Virus record (IMG/VR): IMGVR_UViG_3300029288_001872
Coordinates: 32,001-96,000 of that record
Reading direction: 5' to 3' (one strand)
DNA from: a virus
Taxonomy: Duplodnaviria; Caudoviricetes
DNA length: 64,000 bases
A program made the translations under genes and the position numbers. The notes beneath the pieces were generated by a model. That model searched no databases, was not told the origin of the DNA, and was given only the letters and a program-made list of their open reading frames with translations. Shown here piece after piece: positions 19,286 to 30,184 of this stretch (its first letter is position 1; every line of letters begins with the position of its first letter).

Positions 19286-19654
19286 TTATTTTCCTTTTTA
19301 ATAGGTTTTAAATTCTTATTCCTCTTCTGTTCATCTCTCTACTCATAGCATCAGAAAGAGTTTTATCAAGAACACCGCTCTTGATAACTTTTTTAATTTC
19401 ATCTTCATTAACATCATATTTAATTGAGCAACCATTACACATAATCTTACGAATATCATCTTCATTAGGAGGAAAGTTATTGACAATTATTCCACCACTA
19501 TGCCAAACTTTTTCTCTTTCCAATTCTTCGTCAATTCTTCTGACAGCGAGCAGGGCGTTCCACGCCAACTCTATTGTCTGCCATCTTTCTGCCTCAGTCA
19601 TTATTCTGAGAAGTTCTTCTTGAATTAAAATTTTATTGGTCATAAATTACCCTC

Positions 19655-19993
19655 TTATTTCCAAAATTGATACCAGCTTTTAGTATCTTCTTTCTTTGGT
19701 TCAACAGGAACCACATTAGTAAGTTGTTCTACCAACGCCTCAATCGCCATATCTCTTTCATCGAAACCACCTTCAACACCAATCATGTACTCTTCAAGTT
19801 CGCCAACAAAACCAAGAGGCATCTTGTCGAAGTCTTGTCTACTCGGCGGCTTTAGCTTTGGCCTTGGTGTTAGGTCTTTTAATGTTACTGCTGGTGTCCT
19901 TGGTTGAGGTGGGAGGTACTTTATTGTTGTACATCCTATTCCAATTGTCATAAAGATAATCACGGTTATTGTCGCTAACTGCTTTCTTAACAT
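19655..19993 (-). CDS. o-spanin (Rz1-like lipoprotein)
   Basis: Signal peptide with lipobox IGIGC; Pro-rich; overlaps the i-spanin 3' end. Confidence 0.7.
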   Translation of the reverse strand: MLRKQLATITVIIFMTIGIGCTTIKYLPPQPRTPAVTLKDLTPRPKLKPPSRQDFDKMPLGFVGELEEYMIGVEGGFDERDMAIEALVEQLTNVVPVEPKKEDTKSWYQFWK

Positions 19994-20258
19994 CAGAAGT
20001 CTCCTTCTGCACCTTCTGTCTTAAAGATAGTTGGTTTCTTTGAAATTTTATAGTAGCTTCCAAATCAGCTACTTTCTGTCTTTCTTGATATAAATCAACC
20101 AATGCTTTATCTCTTTCTTTTTCTATCTTGGTTATTTTGCTTTCATAGTTCCAAGCAGACAGTTTGTTATATATCCCAAACGCGCCTATAGCAAGACAAG
20201 CAATCACTATGATCCCTAGCTTGCTGCTTATAAATGACCATATTAAACTTAATCCCAT
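19839..20258 (-). CDS. i-spanin (Rz-like)
   Basis: N-terminal TM plus coiled coil, directly after the endolysins. Confidence 0.7.
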   Translation of the reverse strand: MGLSLIWSFISSKLGIIVIACLAIGAFGIYNKLSAWNYESKITKIEKERDKALVDLYQERQKVADLEATIKFQRNQLSLRQKVQKETSDVKKAVSDNNRDYLYDNWNRMYNNKVPPTSTKDTSSNIKRPNTKAKAKAAE

Positions 20259-20264
20259 AATTGT

Positions 20265-20753
20265 TTATCCTTGGAATATTTCCTTAAATTGTTCTGCTCT
20301 ATCCAAGACATCAGAAGAATAATTTTTATTTGCAGTTCTATTATCAATATTTTCGCCATTGCGGATAACTCTCATCATATTCCCTTCACCACAATTATAT
20401 GCTGCGATTGCTGCTTGTTCAGCTTCCTCTTGATTCATATTATCAAAACCACCATGTTCATTCAGATAATTATATTTGTCTGTCAATATTTTAACACCCA
20501 TCTCTATATTGGTAAATGGGTCTTGCCAATCATGATTAGCTAACCAACTACCAAAACTGCGGTCGTCAATTTGAACTAGACCATGCCCATGACCATTATC
20601 GCCTGTCATATCTGGGTCAAGTATCAAACCAAATCTTGATTCTCTAGAAATGATTGCCGCGATAACTTCTGGCCTCCAATCATATTTCTCAGCAAGTGGT
20701 TTGATGATTGGTGCTAATTCTTTACATAATTCAAATTCTTCTTTTTTAATCAT
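20265..20753 (-). CDS. Endolysin: goose-type lysozyme/lytic transglycosylase (GH23)
   Basis: 'IISRES', 'GHGLVQID', 'AAYNCGEG', 'YSSDVL.RA'. Confidence 0.85.
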   Translation of the reverse strand: MIKKEEFELCKELAPIIKPLAEKYDWRPEVIAAIISRESRFGLILDPDMTGDNGHGHGLVQIDDRSFGSWLANHDWQDPFTNIEMGVKILTDKYNYLNEHGGFDNMNQEEAEQAAIAAYNCGEGNMMRVIRNGENIDNRTANKNYSSDVLDRAEQFKEIFQG

Positions 20754-20762
20754 AAAGACTCC

Positions 20763-21248
20763 TTAATAATCAACGACTTCGTGCCAAGGAAAAAGTTCTC
20801 CAGGGTCAACTTTACCAGCAGTGCGGTCAGGAATATCTACATGACCAAAAATATCTTCAATCTTATAAACTTCTCCCAAGGCTGTGATCAATTTCCTATT
20901 GGCTTCTATTTGTTCTATTGGCCAATCACTACCATTTCCAACATTTTCAATCCCAATAGAATGAGAATTAACCGTAAGACCATTATAATGTCCTTTGGCA
21001 TGCCATCCTTTAATATTAAATGGAAGTAATTGATAAATAGTTCCATCTTTAGCAATTACAACATGAGCAGATACTTGAGACCGAGATGCACAAAGCCAAG
21101 ATAAAGCACCCTCAAGCGAATTGTCCCCGGTATAATGTTCAACAATAAAAATTGGTGAAATCTCTCCACCATGATTAGGCGATGGTCTATATTCTACTTG
21201 TTCACCATCTATGTAAAGAAAATTATCTTTTACTTCATATCTGGACAT
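20763..21248 (-). CDS. Endolysin: N-acetylmuramoyl-L-alanine amidase (Amidase_2)
   Basis: 'HYT', 'VSAHVVI', 'WHA', 'SIGIE', 'GH', 'K.DPG'. Confidence 0.9.
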   Translation of the reverse strand: MSRYEVKDNFLYIDGEQVEYRPSPNHGGEISPIFIVEHYTGDNSLEGALSWLCASRSQVSAHVVIAKDGTIYQLLPFNIKGWHAKGHYNGLTVNSHSIGIENVGNGSDWPIEQIEANRKLITALGEVYKIEDIFGHVDIPDRTAGKVDPGELFPWHEVVDY

Positions 21249-21471
21249 TCTGTACTCTCCTCTTTACGACCTTTTATCGGGCATGTTTGGTTGTAATTTT
21301 CTGAGTCTAAACATAAACATTTATTTGACATATCTCCAAAGTGGATGCACTCTTCCACACCACATGGCCAAATTTCATGATGGTTGCACAAATCATATAA
21401 CCTCCCAAAATGTTAAAGGTTAATAAAGGTTAATACTTCTTCCTTTCTTCCAATCTTCCAAATAATACTTA

Positions 21472-22470
21472 TTAAAATCCCAATGTGATTTGACAGGGAA
21501 ACAATAATTTGTCCCCTTTGCTTAAATTTTCTTCTGCTTTCAATGGTCTTAAATTTTTCAATGCCCATGCTCTCTTAAAATCAGAACTTTCAGCATTTTG
21601 AAAATTAAAAAAATTCAACGGAATGATATGGTCTATGTGCCAATAACTACCATAATTATCCCAACTCATTTCTATTGTAAATTGCTTTTCAAGATGCTTT
21701 TTTAATTTCTTTGCTGTATAACCAACCATTTCTTCCCACTTATGCCAATCTTTTGAACTATTCCTTCTTTTCAAACACTTGCTTATGCCACCTTTTACAG
21801 TTCTATTTAATCTAAGAATTGGATCGGTTTTTGTACATTCTTTACAATAACCCATTTTATGAAATTCTGATGTAGTTTTAGTCTTTTTACATATTGGACA
21901 AGTTTTTAAAGTATCACCTTTTTCAAATCTCTTATCCCTATTCTTCACATTTTCTATACTAGAACATTTTTTACATGCATTTTGTAGAGGATAAAAATCA
22001 ATTTCTTTTTTGATTTTTCCACAAGTTCTACATTTTTTATCTTTATTTGGGTCTGGATCAAATTTGGCTAAAGCCTTCTCTTTTTCTTTTTTTAATTTCT
22101 TTTTAGCACATTCCCTACAATAGTTTATAGTCAAAAAATCACTTAATTTATGATCTTCTTTGCATCTTGCACATTTCCTAATTTCATCTGGATGTTCTTT
22201 GTAATATTTTAATTTTTCTTTTCTCCTTTCTCTTTGTAAAGATAATTGACATTCTTTACACATCACATATTTTGGTTTAAATTGATCTGATTTTTTAACT
22301 ATTCCACAAACACTACATTGTATTTCTTCTAATATATTTGTTGATCTATAATCGCCTCTTTTCTGAGCATTGTGATAACATTCATGTGAACAATATTTAT
22401 GTTCATTACGAATACTAGTTTTAAATTTCTTATCACAAAATAAGCAACTATTAAATTTTGTTTTTCCCAT
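21472..22470 (-). CDS. HNH homing endonuclease with CxxC repeats
   Basis: Multiple CxxC; 'HLEKQF...MSWDNYG..WHIDHIIP...NLRPL...NLSK'. Confidence 0.85.
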   Translation of the reverse strand: MGKTKFNSCLFCDKKFKTSIRNEHKYCSHECYHNAQKRGDYRSTNILEEIQCSVCGIVKKSDQFKPKYVMCKECQLSLQRERRKEKLKYYKEHPDEIRKCARCKEDHKLSDFLTINYCRECAKKKLKKEKEKALAKFDPDPNKDKKCRTCGKIKKEIDFYPLQNACKKCSSIENVKNRDKRFEKGDTLKTCPICKKTKTTSEFHKMGYCKECTKTDPILRLNRTVKGGISKCLKRRNSSKDWHKWEEMVGYTAKKLKKHLEKQFTIEMSWDNYGSYWHIDHIIPLNFFNFQNAESSDFKRAWALKNLRPLKAEENLSKGDKLLFPCQITLGF

Positions 22471-22471
22471 T

Positions 22472-23569
22472 TTATAGCAAGTCCTTTAATAATACCAATT
22501 TTGCTGTATCTCTCGTTACTAAATCATCCCATTTAACTTTTCCAGATTTAATTAATTCAAAACGATTTTTTCCAAGTAAGTCAAGTTTAAATTTATCATT
22601 CCTAGTATTAAACCATTCTCCAAAATTACCTTGAGAAAATCCAACTTCTTCTATCGTTCTCCTCCCTCCTGCACCAATAGAAACTGGAGGTCTTATAGTA
22701 TAAGGTCTGTAAATTTCTTCTAACTCCCCAAAATCTTTGATTCCTAGAGATTCCCAAGACACCAAAACTGGCATCCAAAAGCAGCGTCAACGAGGATGAG
22801 CGGGCAAAGGGGGTTTTGATTCATCCAATCTATATTCACGACCATCACTAACAGCACATCGGAGGCAGCAGCCCGTTCCTTTTCTAATGTTCCCATTTTC
22901 GAGCGTGGAGACCCAACGAACTTTTTTTATAATATCACTATTATTTTGGTAAACACTATCCATTGCATAATTGTTGACTGAAGATACATACGTCCTTGCA
23001 AGTGTCACAGCATCATTCCTTGCCATGTCAAAGCCATTGCTAAGGCGATTTGTAAATTCTGCGTATGATTCGCCTTTCAACATTCCAGTCAACACTTCTT
23101 GTCTTATTTCTTCACTCATTGCGCCATATGTGTCTGTCAACCATCCATTCAATAATTTTCCACCAACTGGTTCATTTATAACTATTGTTCTTAATTGTTC
23201 TGCTGTTAATGTTACACTGTTAAAATTATTAATTCTACCACCAAAACTAACTATATCATTCATTGCCAAAATTGTAGACGCTCCCGCTTCACTGGCAATC
23301 TGCGCTATACCACCTTCTAATACATATCTAATTCCTAAAGTCATTCTATTGAAATTATCAAGAAGTGCTATCGTTCTATCTTCTTGCCAATCCGGTATTT
23401 GTGATCCATATTGGTTTAACTTCGCGAGTAGTTCGTTCTCAGCAGACTTGACCGATTTTAATAAAATCTTGAGCGATTCATCTTCCCAAGAAGATAGATC
23501 GTAGAAATATTCTATACTTCTGGCAAGCAGTATTAATTCTATTGTTTCTTGTTCAGTTAGTTTAGTCAT
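22472..23569 (-). CDS. MuF/SPP1 gp7-like head morphogenesis protein, 365 aa with in-frame UGA at 22787-22789 (probable selenocysteine)
   Basis: The ORF-track pieces 22787-23569 and 22472-22774 are in one frame: ...WVSTLE...CLRC...DG...PPLPAHPR-TGA-RCFWMPV...; TGA sits at the first Cys of the HPxCRC motif. Confidence 0.85.
22757..22789 (-). promoter_or_regulatory. Putative bacterial SECIS element
   Basis: UGA-CGCUGCUUUU-GGAUGCCA-[GUUU]-UGGUGUCU: 8-bp stem (3 G-U pairs), loop starting GU, 18 nt from UGA to loop. Confidence 0.65.
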
Positions 23570-23570
23570 T

Positions 23571-24519
23571 TTATAATCTCTTAAATCTGCTTAAATAATT
23601 TTCAAGTTCTAATTTTTGTTTTCTTTCCATTTCTCCCCACATTTTATCTAACCCTTCTTTGAATTCTTTACTTTTAAGATAATCTAACTTATTTACAAAT
23701 TCCAAACCATGATACTCTATCATTTCTTTACGTCTTTCTTCTTTTTGTTTCTTTATTTCTAAATCAAAACAATTTTTACAACAAATTAACTTAGATGATT
23801 TTGAAACATTAATAACAAAATCGTGAGGTTTATGTGGACAATATCTTTTCTTTTTAGCCATTATTGTTTTTTACTATATCTATAGATTCTTTCATAGTAT
23901 AATAATTACAAAGGGCAACGCTTAATCTTTTACCAAATTCTAATAAATCTTCATTGAATGAATTGTATATTTTCTTATTCTTCTGTCTTAATAATCTTTC
24001 CATCTTTTTATTATTCATCTATTCTCCTTATAACTCATTCAACCTATTCTTAGCCCATGTATGGAAATCAAGAAGTGGCATCTCGTCTATCATTCCATCA
24101 TCAAATAATTGTCTTTCTTCTTTATCTGTACTAACCATCAAATCGCTGCCGCCCTTAGTTAAGATATACATATTATTTATCTCTTTGATGGCTTCTCTAT
24201 AAATAGATTTGATGGTAACTTTTTTGAATTGGATTATGGTCATAAGTTTTTATGATTTTATTTTGATAATCTGACTAACATTTCTTTTTACTTCTTTCAT
24301 ATGTTTTAAATATTTTTTACAATCTTTCTCAAGATGGTCTTCTAATAAATTATATTCAAGAAATTCTATAAGACTTTCATCTGTAGCATAACCAATCTTA
24401 GAAAAAGCCCCAAAAAACTCAAAATAACCAAATGGGTCAACAACAGCAGATAGTTCTTTACCACATTTACTACATTCTCCAGTTATTGATAAGAAATAAT
24501 TCAAATTTTTTATAGACAT
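23571..24519 (-). CDS. Small hypothetical proteins (23571-23861, 24028-24243, 24250-24519)
   Basis: Same-strand ORFs in the operon. Confidence 0.5.
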
Positions 24520-24596
24520 AAATCATCCTTGTTTTAAAAAATCCACATACCCCACAAGAGGTGTAATTGACTCTTGTGAGGCATATGATTATTAAA

Positions 24597-25406
24597 TTAA
24601 AATTCCAAAGCAGTTCCACACTCTACACAACATTTATTTAAAGACCTATTCTTCGTCCCACATATTTCACAAACAAGGTTTTCTTTAACCATCAAAGGTT
24701 TTTCAACTTGCTTGTCATTATGATAACCTTTGAGTCTAATTATAATGGTGTGAGAATTAGGTTCTAATTTTCCGATATCTCCATACACAAAATTTTGGTT
24801 AGACACTTCGCCTTTCGTTGTGATGCCCTCATCAGAAAGTGGTTTAGAAAAATCCTTTGGTTCTGAACAACAAGCCATAGCTACATTATCATTATTTAAA
24901 TTAGGATTACTGTCAGCAGTCATATTCCCGCAACTACTACCCCTTCCACTTCCTCCAATGGTACTTGTATAAGTTACCCAAGGACCGGTCGGATAAGGCT
25001 GCCAAGGATTTACCCAATTATTGTGATAATAATGGTTGGTAGTAATCGTGATTGGTTTCATTTCTTCAAATGTGTAGATTATCTGAATGATACCATCATC
25101 TATCTTATCCCCACGATAATCAGAAATTTGTTGCGTTTTTCTTATAAATTTAAATTTGTAACCTTTATCTAAATCTTTGATAAAGCGTGTTAAGGTTTGA
25201 GTTTCATTTGGGTTGATAATCAATGCCTTATTGTATAAAACATCTTGTCCATCAATCGAAATCTTAACAGATGCTTTTCGTGAGTTTAAATTCTTGAGTT
25301 GAATTTCATACTCTTTCCCGAATGGGATAAAAACTTCGCCATCTTTTTCTCTCAACACCTTGCCATCTACGCGAATCACTGAAATAAATTTTTCCTGATA
25401 AACCAT
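24597..25406 (-). CDS. Conserved phage hypothetical protein with C-terminal zinc ribbon (start reassigned to 25406)
   Basis: AAAGGAG RBS precedes MVYQEKF; 'IPFGKEY.I.LKN', 'IDG.DV', 'EGIT.KG..S.Q.F', C-terminal CxxC-CxxC. Confidence 0.65.
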   Translation of the reverse strand: MVYQEKFISVIRVDGKVLREKDGEVFIPFGKEYEIQLKNLNSRKASVKISIDGQDVLYNKALIINPNETQTLTRFIKDLDKGYKFKFIRKTQQISDYRGDKIDDGIIQIIYTFEEMKPITITTNHYYHNNWVNPWQPYPTGPWVTYTSTIGGSGRGSSCGNMTADSNPNLNNDNVAMACCSEPKDFSKPLSDEGITTKGEVSNQNFVYGDIGKLEPNSHTIIIRLKGYHNDKQVEKPLMVKENLVCEICGTKNRSLNKCCVECGTALEF

Positions 25407-25419
25407 TTTACTTCTCCTT

Positions 25420-25457
25420 TGACTTACCATCTAGAAGTCAGTATTTTTAAAGATGGT
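25420..25457 (-). promoter_or_regulatory. H-type pseudoknot abutting the Shine-Dalgarno sequence
   Basis: mRNA order ACCAUCU...UGACUU-CU-AGAUGGU-AAGUCA-AAGGAG (interleaved stems). Confidence 0.5.
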
Positions 25458-26722
25458 ATTTTTATTTTTACTTCAAGTTTTTAATTAATCTTCATCCCAT
25501 AAAGTTCTGGATTCTTATCTTCAAATCTTTTCAATCTAACAAAGGAATTTATAACTCTATTCAACATATCTCTCAATTCGTCCGCATCAAATTCGTTATA
25601 TAATTCCTCGTCCATTTTAACTTCACAAAAAATTCCCAATCCATCGTTTTCTGTATCAAAGGCTAACATATTTTTATATCCTCTAGAATTTAACAGATTT
25701 AATATATTCTGACATATCTGAAAAATAGGCTGGGTGTTTCTCAACTTCCCATCCCTTCCTTTTGGCGGTTTCAGCCAATATTTTTAACGCTTCTTCTGAC
25801 TTCCAACATAATGGATTGCCGTCTGGCCCATTAATCCTTTCCCAACCTCTACTCTCCCAGCCGCATTCCTCTTCATTCTCTAACACCCTTGACACTTTTG
25901 TGAACACATAATTATCTGAACTATAAGCAAATTCACGAAGATAAAGAACACCTTGTTGCATCACTTCTTTCGAGAGGTGTAGAATCTCTACTGGTTCTTC
26001 ATTGTTGTTTTCTGTCATTATTCTGTTCTCCTTTTCGTTTAATAGGAGGTTTTTTCTTTTTATTATCATCCCTATGTATCATTTTTGTGAGCAAAACTTG
26101 AAGTGGAATTAGATCACCCATTTGTCATTCACTCTCAACAATTAATCTACCAGAAAAAACAAATACTGGTTCATAACTTTCAGCACAATCCAAACAGAAA
26201 AAAGTTATGGACAATTCCCTTAAAGAATCATCATCCATTTCAACTTCTGTGTTTGGAGATACCCTATCACTTCCACAATAAGGACATAATTCAGGACTAC
26301 CTTTAATTTCTTTGATATCCATTTTAATTTCCTTTACTTTTCCTTTTTAGAAACCTTGGTTTTTGGTTTGTCCAACTTTTTAATTTGTTTCTTTTCAATC
26401 TTCTTAGGTTTGTCTGTTTTTGGTCTAGAAGTATTTGTCATATCTTTCTTCTTATCTTTATTAGCAAGATTAGATAAAGCGTCATGTTCAACCTTCATAT
26501 CTTCCATACGCTTTGCTTTGTCTTCTGCCATTTTCCCAGCCATCTTTTTAGCTGCTGCCATCCGCATTTGGTCGTTTTGAATCACAGAGGCATTAGCGAT
26601 TGTTTCTGCGTCCATCTGTGCTTGCCAATCAGATTCACTCATAGGTTTATCAACTACAGTATTTTTAGCCATTTTTATTTCCTCTTTTATATTTTATTTT
26701 TTATAACTATTTAATATCATTA

Positions 26723-28339
26723 CTATTTTCCAGGCCCTCTTTTAATTGCGAAAGGCGATCCTACCCCGGCAGGCGACTTTGAAGTATCGGTAGCAACGCT
26801 TGTATACTTTGAAAGGTCAGGAGAACCTATTGACATAGCACCACCAAGAAAATCTTCCTTATCAAACATTGCCATAACTTCTGCCCATTCCCAATCAGCA
26901 TTCAAAATGCCCCTGCGTCTCAATTCTTCAAATACCAATTCTTTAGGCAAAATCTTGAATTGTGCAGCACGAAGCAATACTTCAGCATCCATCGTCTGCA
27001 TCCATCTAAAGTCAGTATTCACATCAACAGACCCACCAGAATTTTCGCCAATATACTTAGAAGTAAATACAAGCAATTGCTCAACAAAATCTTTAAATTC
27101 CAATGCCCAACTTCTTAATGTGCTATCGCTTTCACCAGATGACAATGCTCTTTCAGTAGCAGTCACATTGCCAGTATTAGGCATAAGTAATTGCAAACCG
27201 AACAAAGCCATCTTAGTTTCTAAATCAATCAATTGGGAATGACCAGCATTAATAGCAGCGCCTTGATGTTCTACATATTTAAGTTCTGAGTCTGGATGGT
27301 CAGAATGAATCATTCTATTAGGACCAAGTTCTATTTCGCCTAATTTGTTTGGTTCAGATAATTTCTTGCCAAATAAAATAGGAAGTCTCGTAAAATGCAA
27401 AATATTAGTTTGGTCAGAAGTTGATTGCCAATGAGAAAGATTAAGATAAGCCAAATCTTCCAAAGGAGGTTTAGCAGTCAACGCAGACATTCTTTCTCCT
27501 GGCATAAACACAGCAAGAGGAATTAAATCTTTAATTGAGTTTGTACCAGAATCTATTTTAACCCAATCGCTATTGTCTTTTTGTTTTGTCTTATCTGGTT
27601 CTTCCCACACTTCATATTTCCCAGGTTCAAGCAACCTGATTCTATTAACTTCAACAGTATTATAAGAATTTTCTGGATCATCTTTTTCAAACACTTCTTT
27701 AATTCTTAGTTGAGTAAAAACCTCTTTCCCGTTTCTTCTTTCTGTTTTCCAACCTATAATCGACTCAGTAGGAATATGCACCCAATATGGACGTAAACCT
27801 CTTTTATCTGCTTCGGCCTTAGTCATTGGCCCATCAGTAGGAGGATATTCAGCAAGACAAGTGGTAACACCATCACTTATCCCTCTTGAAAAAACATCTG
27901 CAAGGAATACATCAGCATTGTTGCCTCTTAAATCCATATCTTCTATATAACCATCCTTATTTTTTGTACCACGAATGGCTACTGGAATATCTTCTTTCCA
28001 AGTAATTGGTTTTGAAAATATTTGCCCAGTAAGATATGAAACAGTTCTTCCAAAACCATTAAATAGAATAGTTTTACTTAATCTATTATTATAATTTTCT
28101 GTACTCTCTTTAGGCTCTTTAGGAAGATAAGTAGTGCCTGCTGCAAGCATTGCCTCAGTACCGCCAAGCAAAGTTCTAATTAAATCTAGTCTTGCTTGTT
28201 GTTGGACATAATTATTGCAAGGTTTAGAAATATCTCCTTTTGTACTGGCAGAAGAATCTCCTTTTATATCAATCTGAATCTTCTCCCCCGTGTAAGAGTC
28301 TAATAAAACACGTCCATCGTCATCAATCGCTATTGCCAT
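26723..28339 (-). CDS. Portal protein (DUF4055 type)
   Basis: 'LLGGTEAM.AAG..YLP....E....Y..RL', 'PPLEDLA.LNL.HWQS.SDQ..ILH..R.P', 'TATE'; located between terL and MuF. Confidence 0.85.
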   Translation of the reverse strand: MAIAIDDDGRVLLDSYTGEKIQIDIKGDSSASTKGDISKPCNNYVQQQARLDLIRTLLGGTEAMLAAGTTYLPKEPKESTENYNNRLSKTILFNGFGRTVSYLTGQIFSKPITWKEDIPVAIRGTKNKDGYIEDMDLRGNNADVFLADVFSRGISDGVTTCLAEYPPTDGPMTKAEADKRGLRPYWVHIPTESIIGWKTERRNGKEVFTQLRIKEVFEKDDPENSYNTVEVNRIRLLEPGKYEVWEEPDKTKQKDNSDWVKIDSGTNSIKDLIPLAVFMPGERMSALTAKPPLEDLAYLNLSHWQSTSDQTNILHFTRLPILFGKKLSEPNKLGEIELGPNRMIHSDHPDSELKYVEHQGAAINAGHSQLIDLETKMALFGLQLLMPNTGNVTATERALSSGESDSTLRSWALEFKDFVEQLLVFTSKYIGENSGGSVDVNTDFRWMQTMDAEVLLRAAQFKILPKELVFEELRRRGILNADWEWAEVMAMFDKEDFLGGAMSIGSPDLSKYTSVATDTSKSPAGVGSPFAIKRGPGK

Positions 28340-28353
28340 AATTATTTATCCTT

Positions 28354-30184
28354 TTATAATTTTTCTGTATCTATCAAGAATCTTTTCGCTTTTATTCTAG
28401 CTATTTTCAATTTGCCATTGTCATTACTAATGAACAAAACTTCATCCTCTGTCAAACTAGTCAGCGCATCCCAAGCCTCAATTTCTGACAAATACTCCTC
28501 TTTAATATTTTTATGTTTAGAAAAATCTATTACTTTCATATTTCAAACTTCTTTCTAGGAATTTCATTTGTCCAAATAAACAAAGGTTGACCATTCTTCC
28601 ATCTACACCACACTTCAATATCTTTCTTATCTTTAATCCCATAACCATGAAGCAAAACATTGGTATAATCTGGTTGATAATCCATTGTGCCGGAATAGAG
28701 ATTAACACCAGAAATTTCAGACAAAACTTCTAATGCGTTTTGTGACATTGGGATAAGTAAAAATAAAAATATGAGAAGATATTTCATAATTTATTAATAG
28801 TCTCTATTTCATGTTTTAAGTCTTTTTCTATTTGAAGGTCTTCTTCTCTTATCCTCTCTGATTCTTCCAATTCTTCATCAAACAATTTTCTCATATAGTC
28901 ATCTGCTTCAACAATAACTGTCTCTGGCAAAGTGTTAGGCTTACTAATTCTTCCACCAGTGACATGGTCGTAAACCAAACTGACAGAAGAAAGTAGCCAA
29001 TAATAATCAGATAGCTCTCTGATTAATCTGTCTTTGTTGATGGTGCCATCTAAATTCTCAACTAAGTCTTTCCAAAAGGTTTCGTAGATTATTGTTGGGT
29101 CTTGTGTGTTGTACATTTGGTCAGTCCTTATGTTTCAAAGAAGTGATTTTCTTTCCTGTCTTTGGATCGACTATGATAGCATAAATCAAACCTTTGTCAT
29201 AAATTTCAAAGAATTTTTCTTTAATCTTTTTCAATCTGTCTGAAAATGTTGCACAATGAAACATAGTCATTATCCTATTTAAAATTATTTAATTTCTGTT
29301 TCTGTTGGTTTATCTTTTCTTTCAGTTCTTTCATTTCTTGTTTAATGACTGGATCAGTAACCTTATCACAATCTGAACCAAACCTATCTTCTAATTTCCA
29401 AAGTCTGGATTGATCGTTTGACAAAACATCAGTTTGAATTTTATAATCTAATCTTTTTTCAAGAAGTATTACCTTCTCATCTCTAGCATAAGTCTTGTCA
29501 ACGAAAAAATAAACGCCAAAGCAAAATGATATGATGGTAGCTAGTGAAATTATTGATTTAGTTAGGTTAGACATTTTGATTTTTCTCCGTTCAATCTTCA
29601 AACACTTTCAAAGTGGCTTTGCCTTCTATCTTCTCGCCAAAATAATCAATTGAAATGTCTGTGACCAAGACTTGAATAGATTCTTCTTTGTAATATTTAT
29701 CAAGAAGAAAATCGTATTCTTCTTCATCTAGAGAATCAATATTTAATGTGATACCAATCATTTTATGTTTCATTCATCAATACCCATCTTCCCATTGAAA
29801 ATCAAAATTACCTCTTATTACTCTACCATCCTCAAACATGACATATCCAGTCTCAACGCCATGACCACAACAAGCAGCAGTTACTCCTGGTAAGTTGGCA
29901 ATACATGGATCGTGACCATCTTTTGTTCGTTTTTTACCACATCTTGGACAAGGCCATTTGTGTTTCTCTGGGCCACTAGTTTTGGTTATAAATCTATATT
30001 CCTCCATTGGAATGATCGCATAGCCATCCAATTGAGGTGTGATTCTGCCTAATCTATCAAAATGAAATAATTCTTCATCCCAAGGATTCTCTTTGATTAG
30101 ACAATTATTGAGATAACCTCTTCTAAGTCGTTTCAAACGATTGCGAAGATGTTCTAATTCTTCATTTTGATTTTTAGTGGGCAT
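28354..30184 (-). CDS. Cluster of small hypothetical proteins, including a TM + coiled-coil protein (29275-29601) and a Cys-rich protein (29777-30184)
   Basis: Tightly packed or overlapping same-strand ORFs. Confidence 0.5.
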
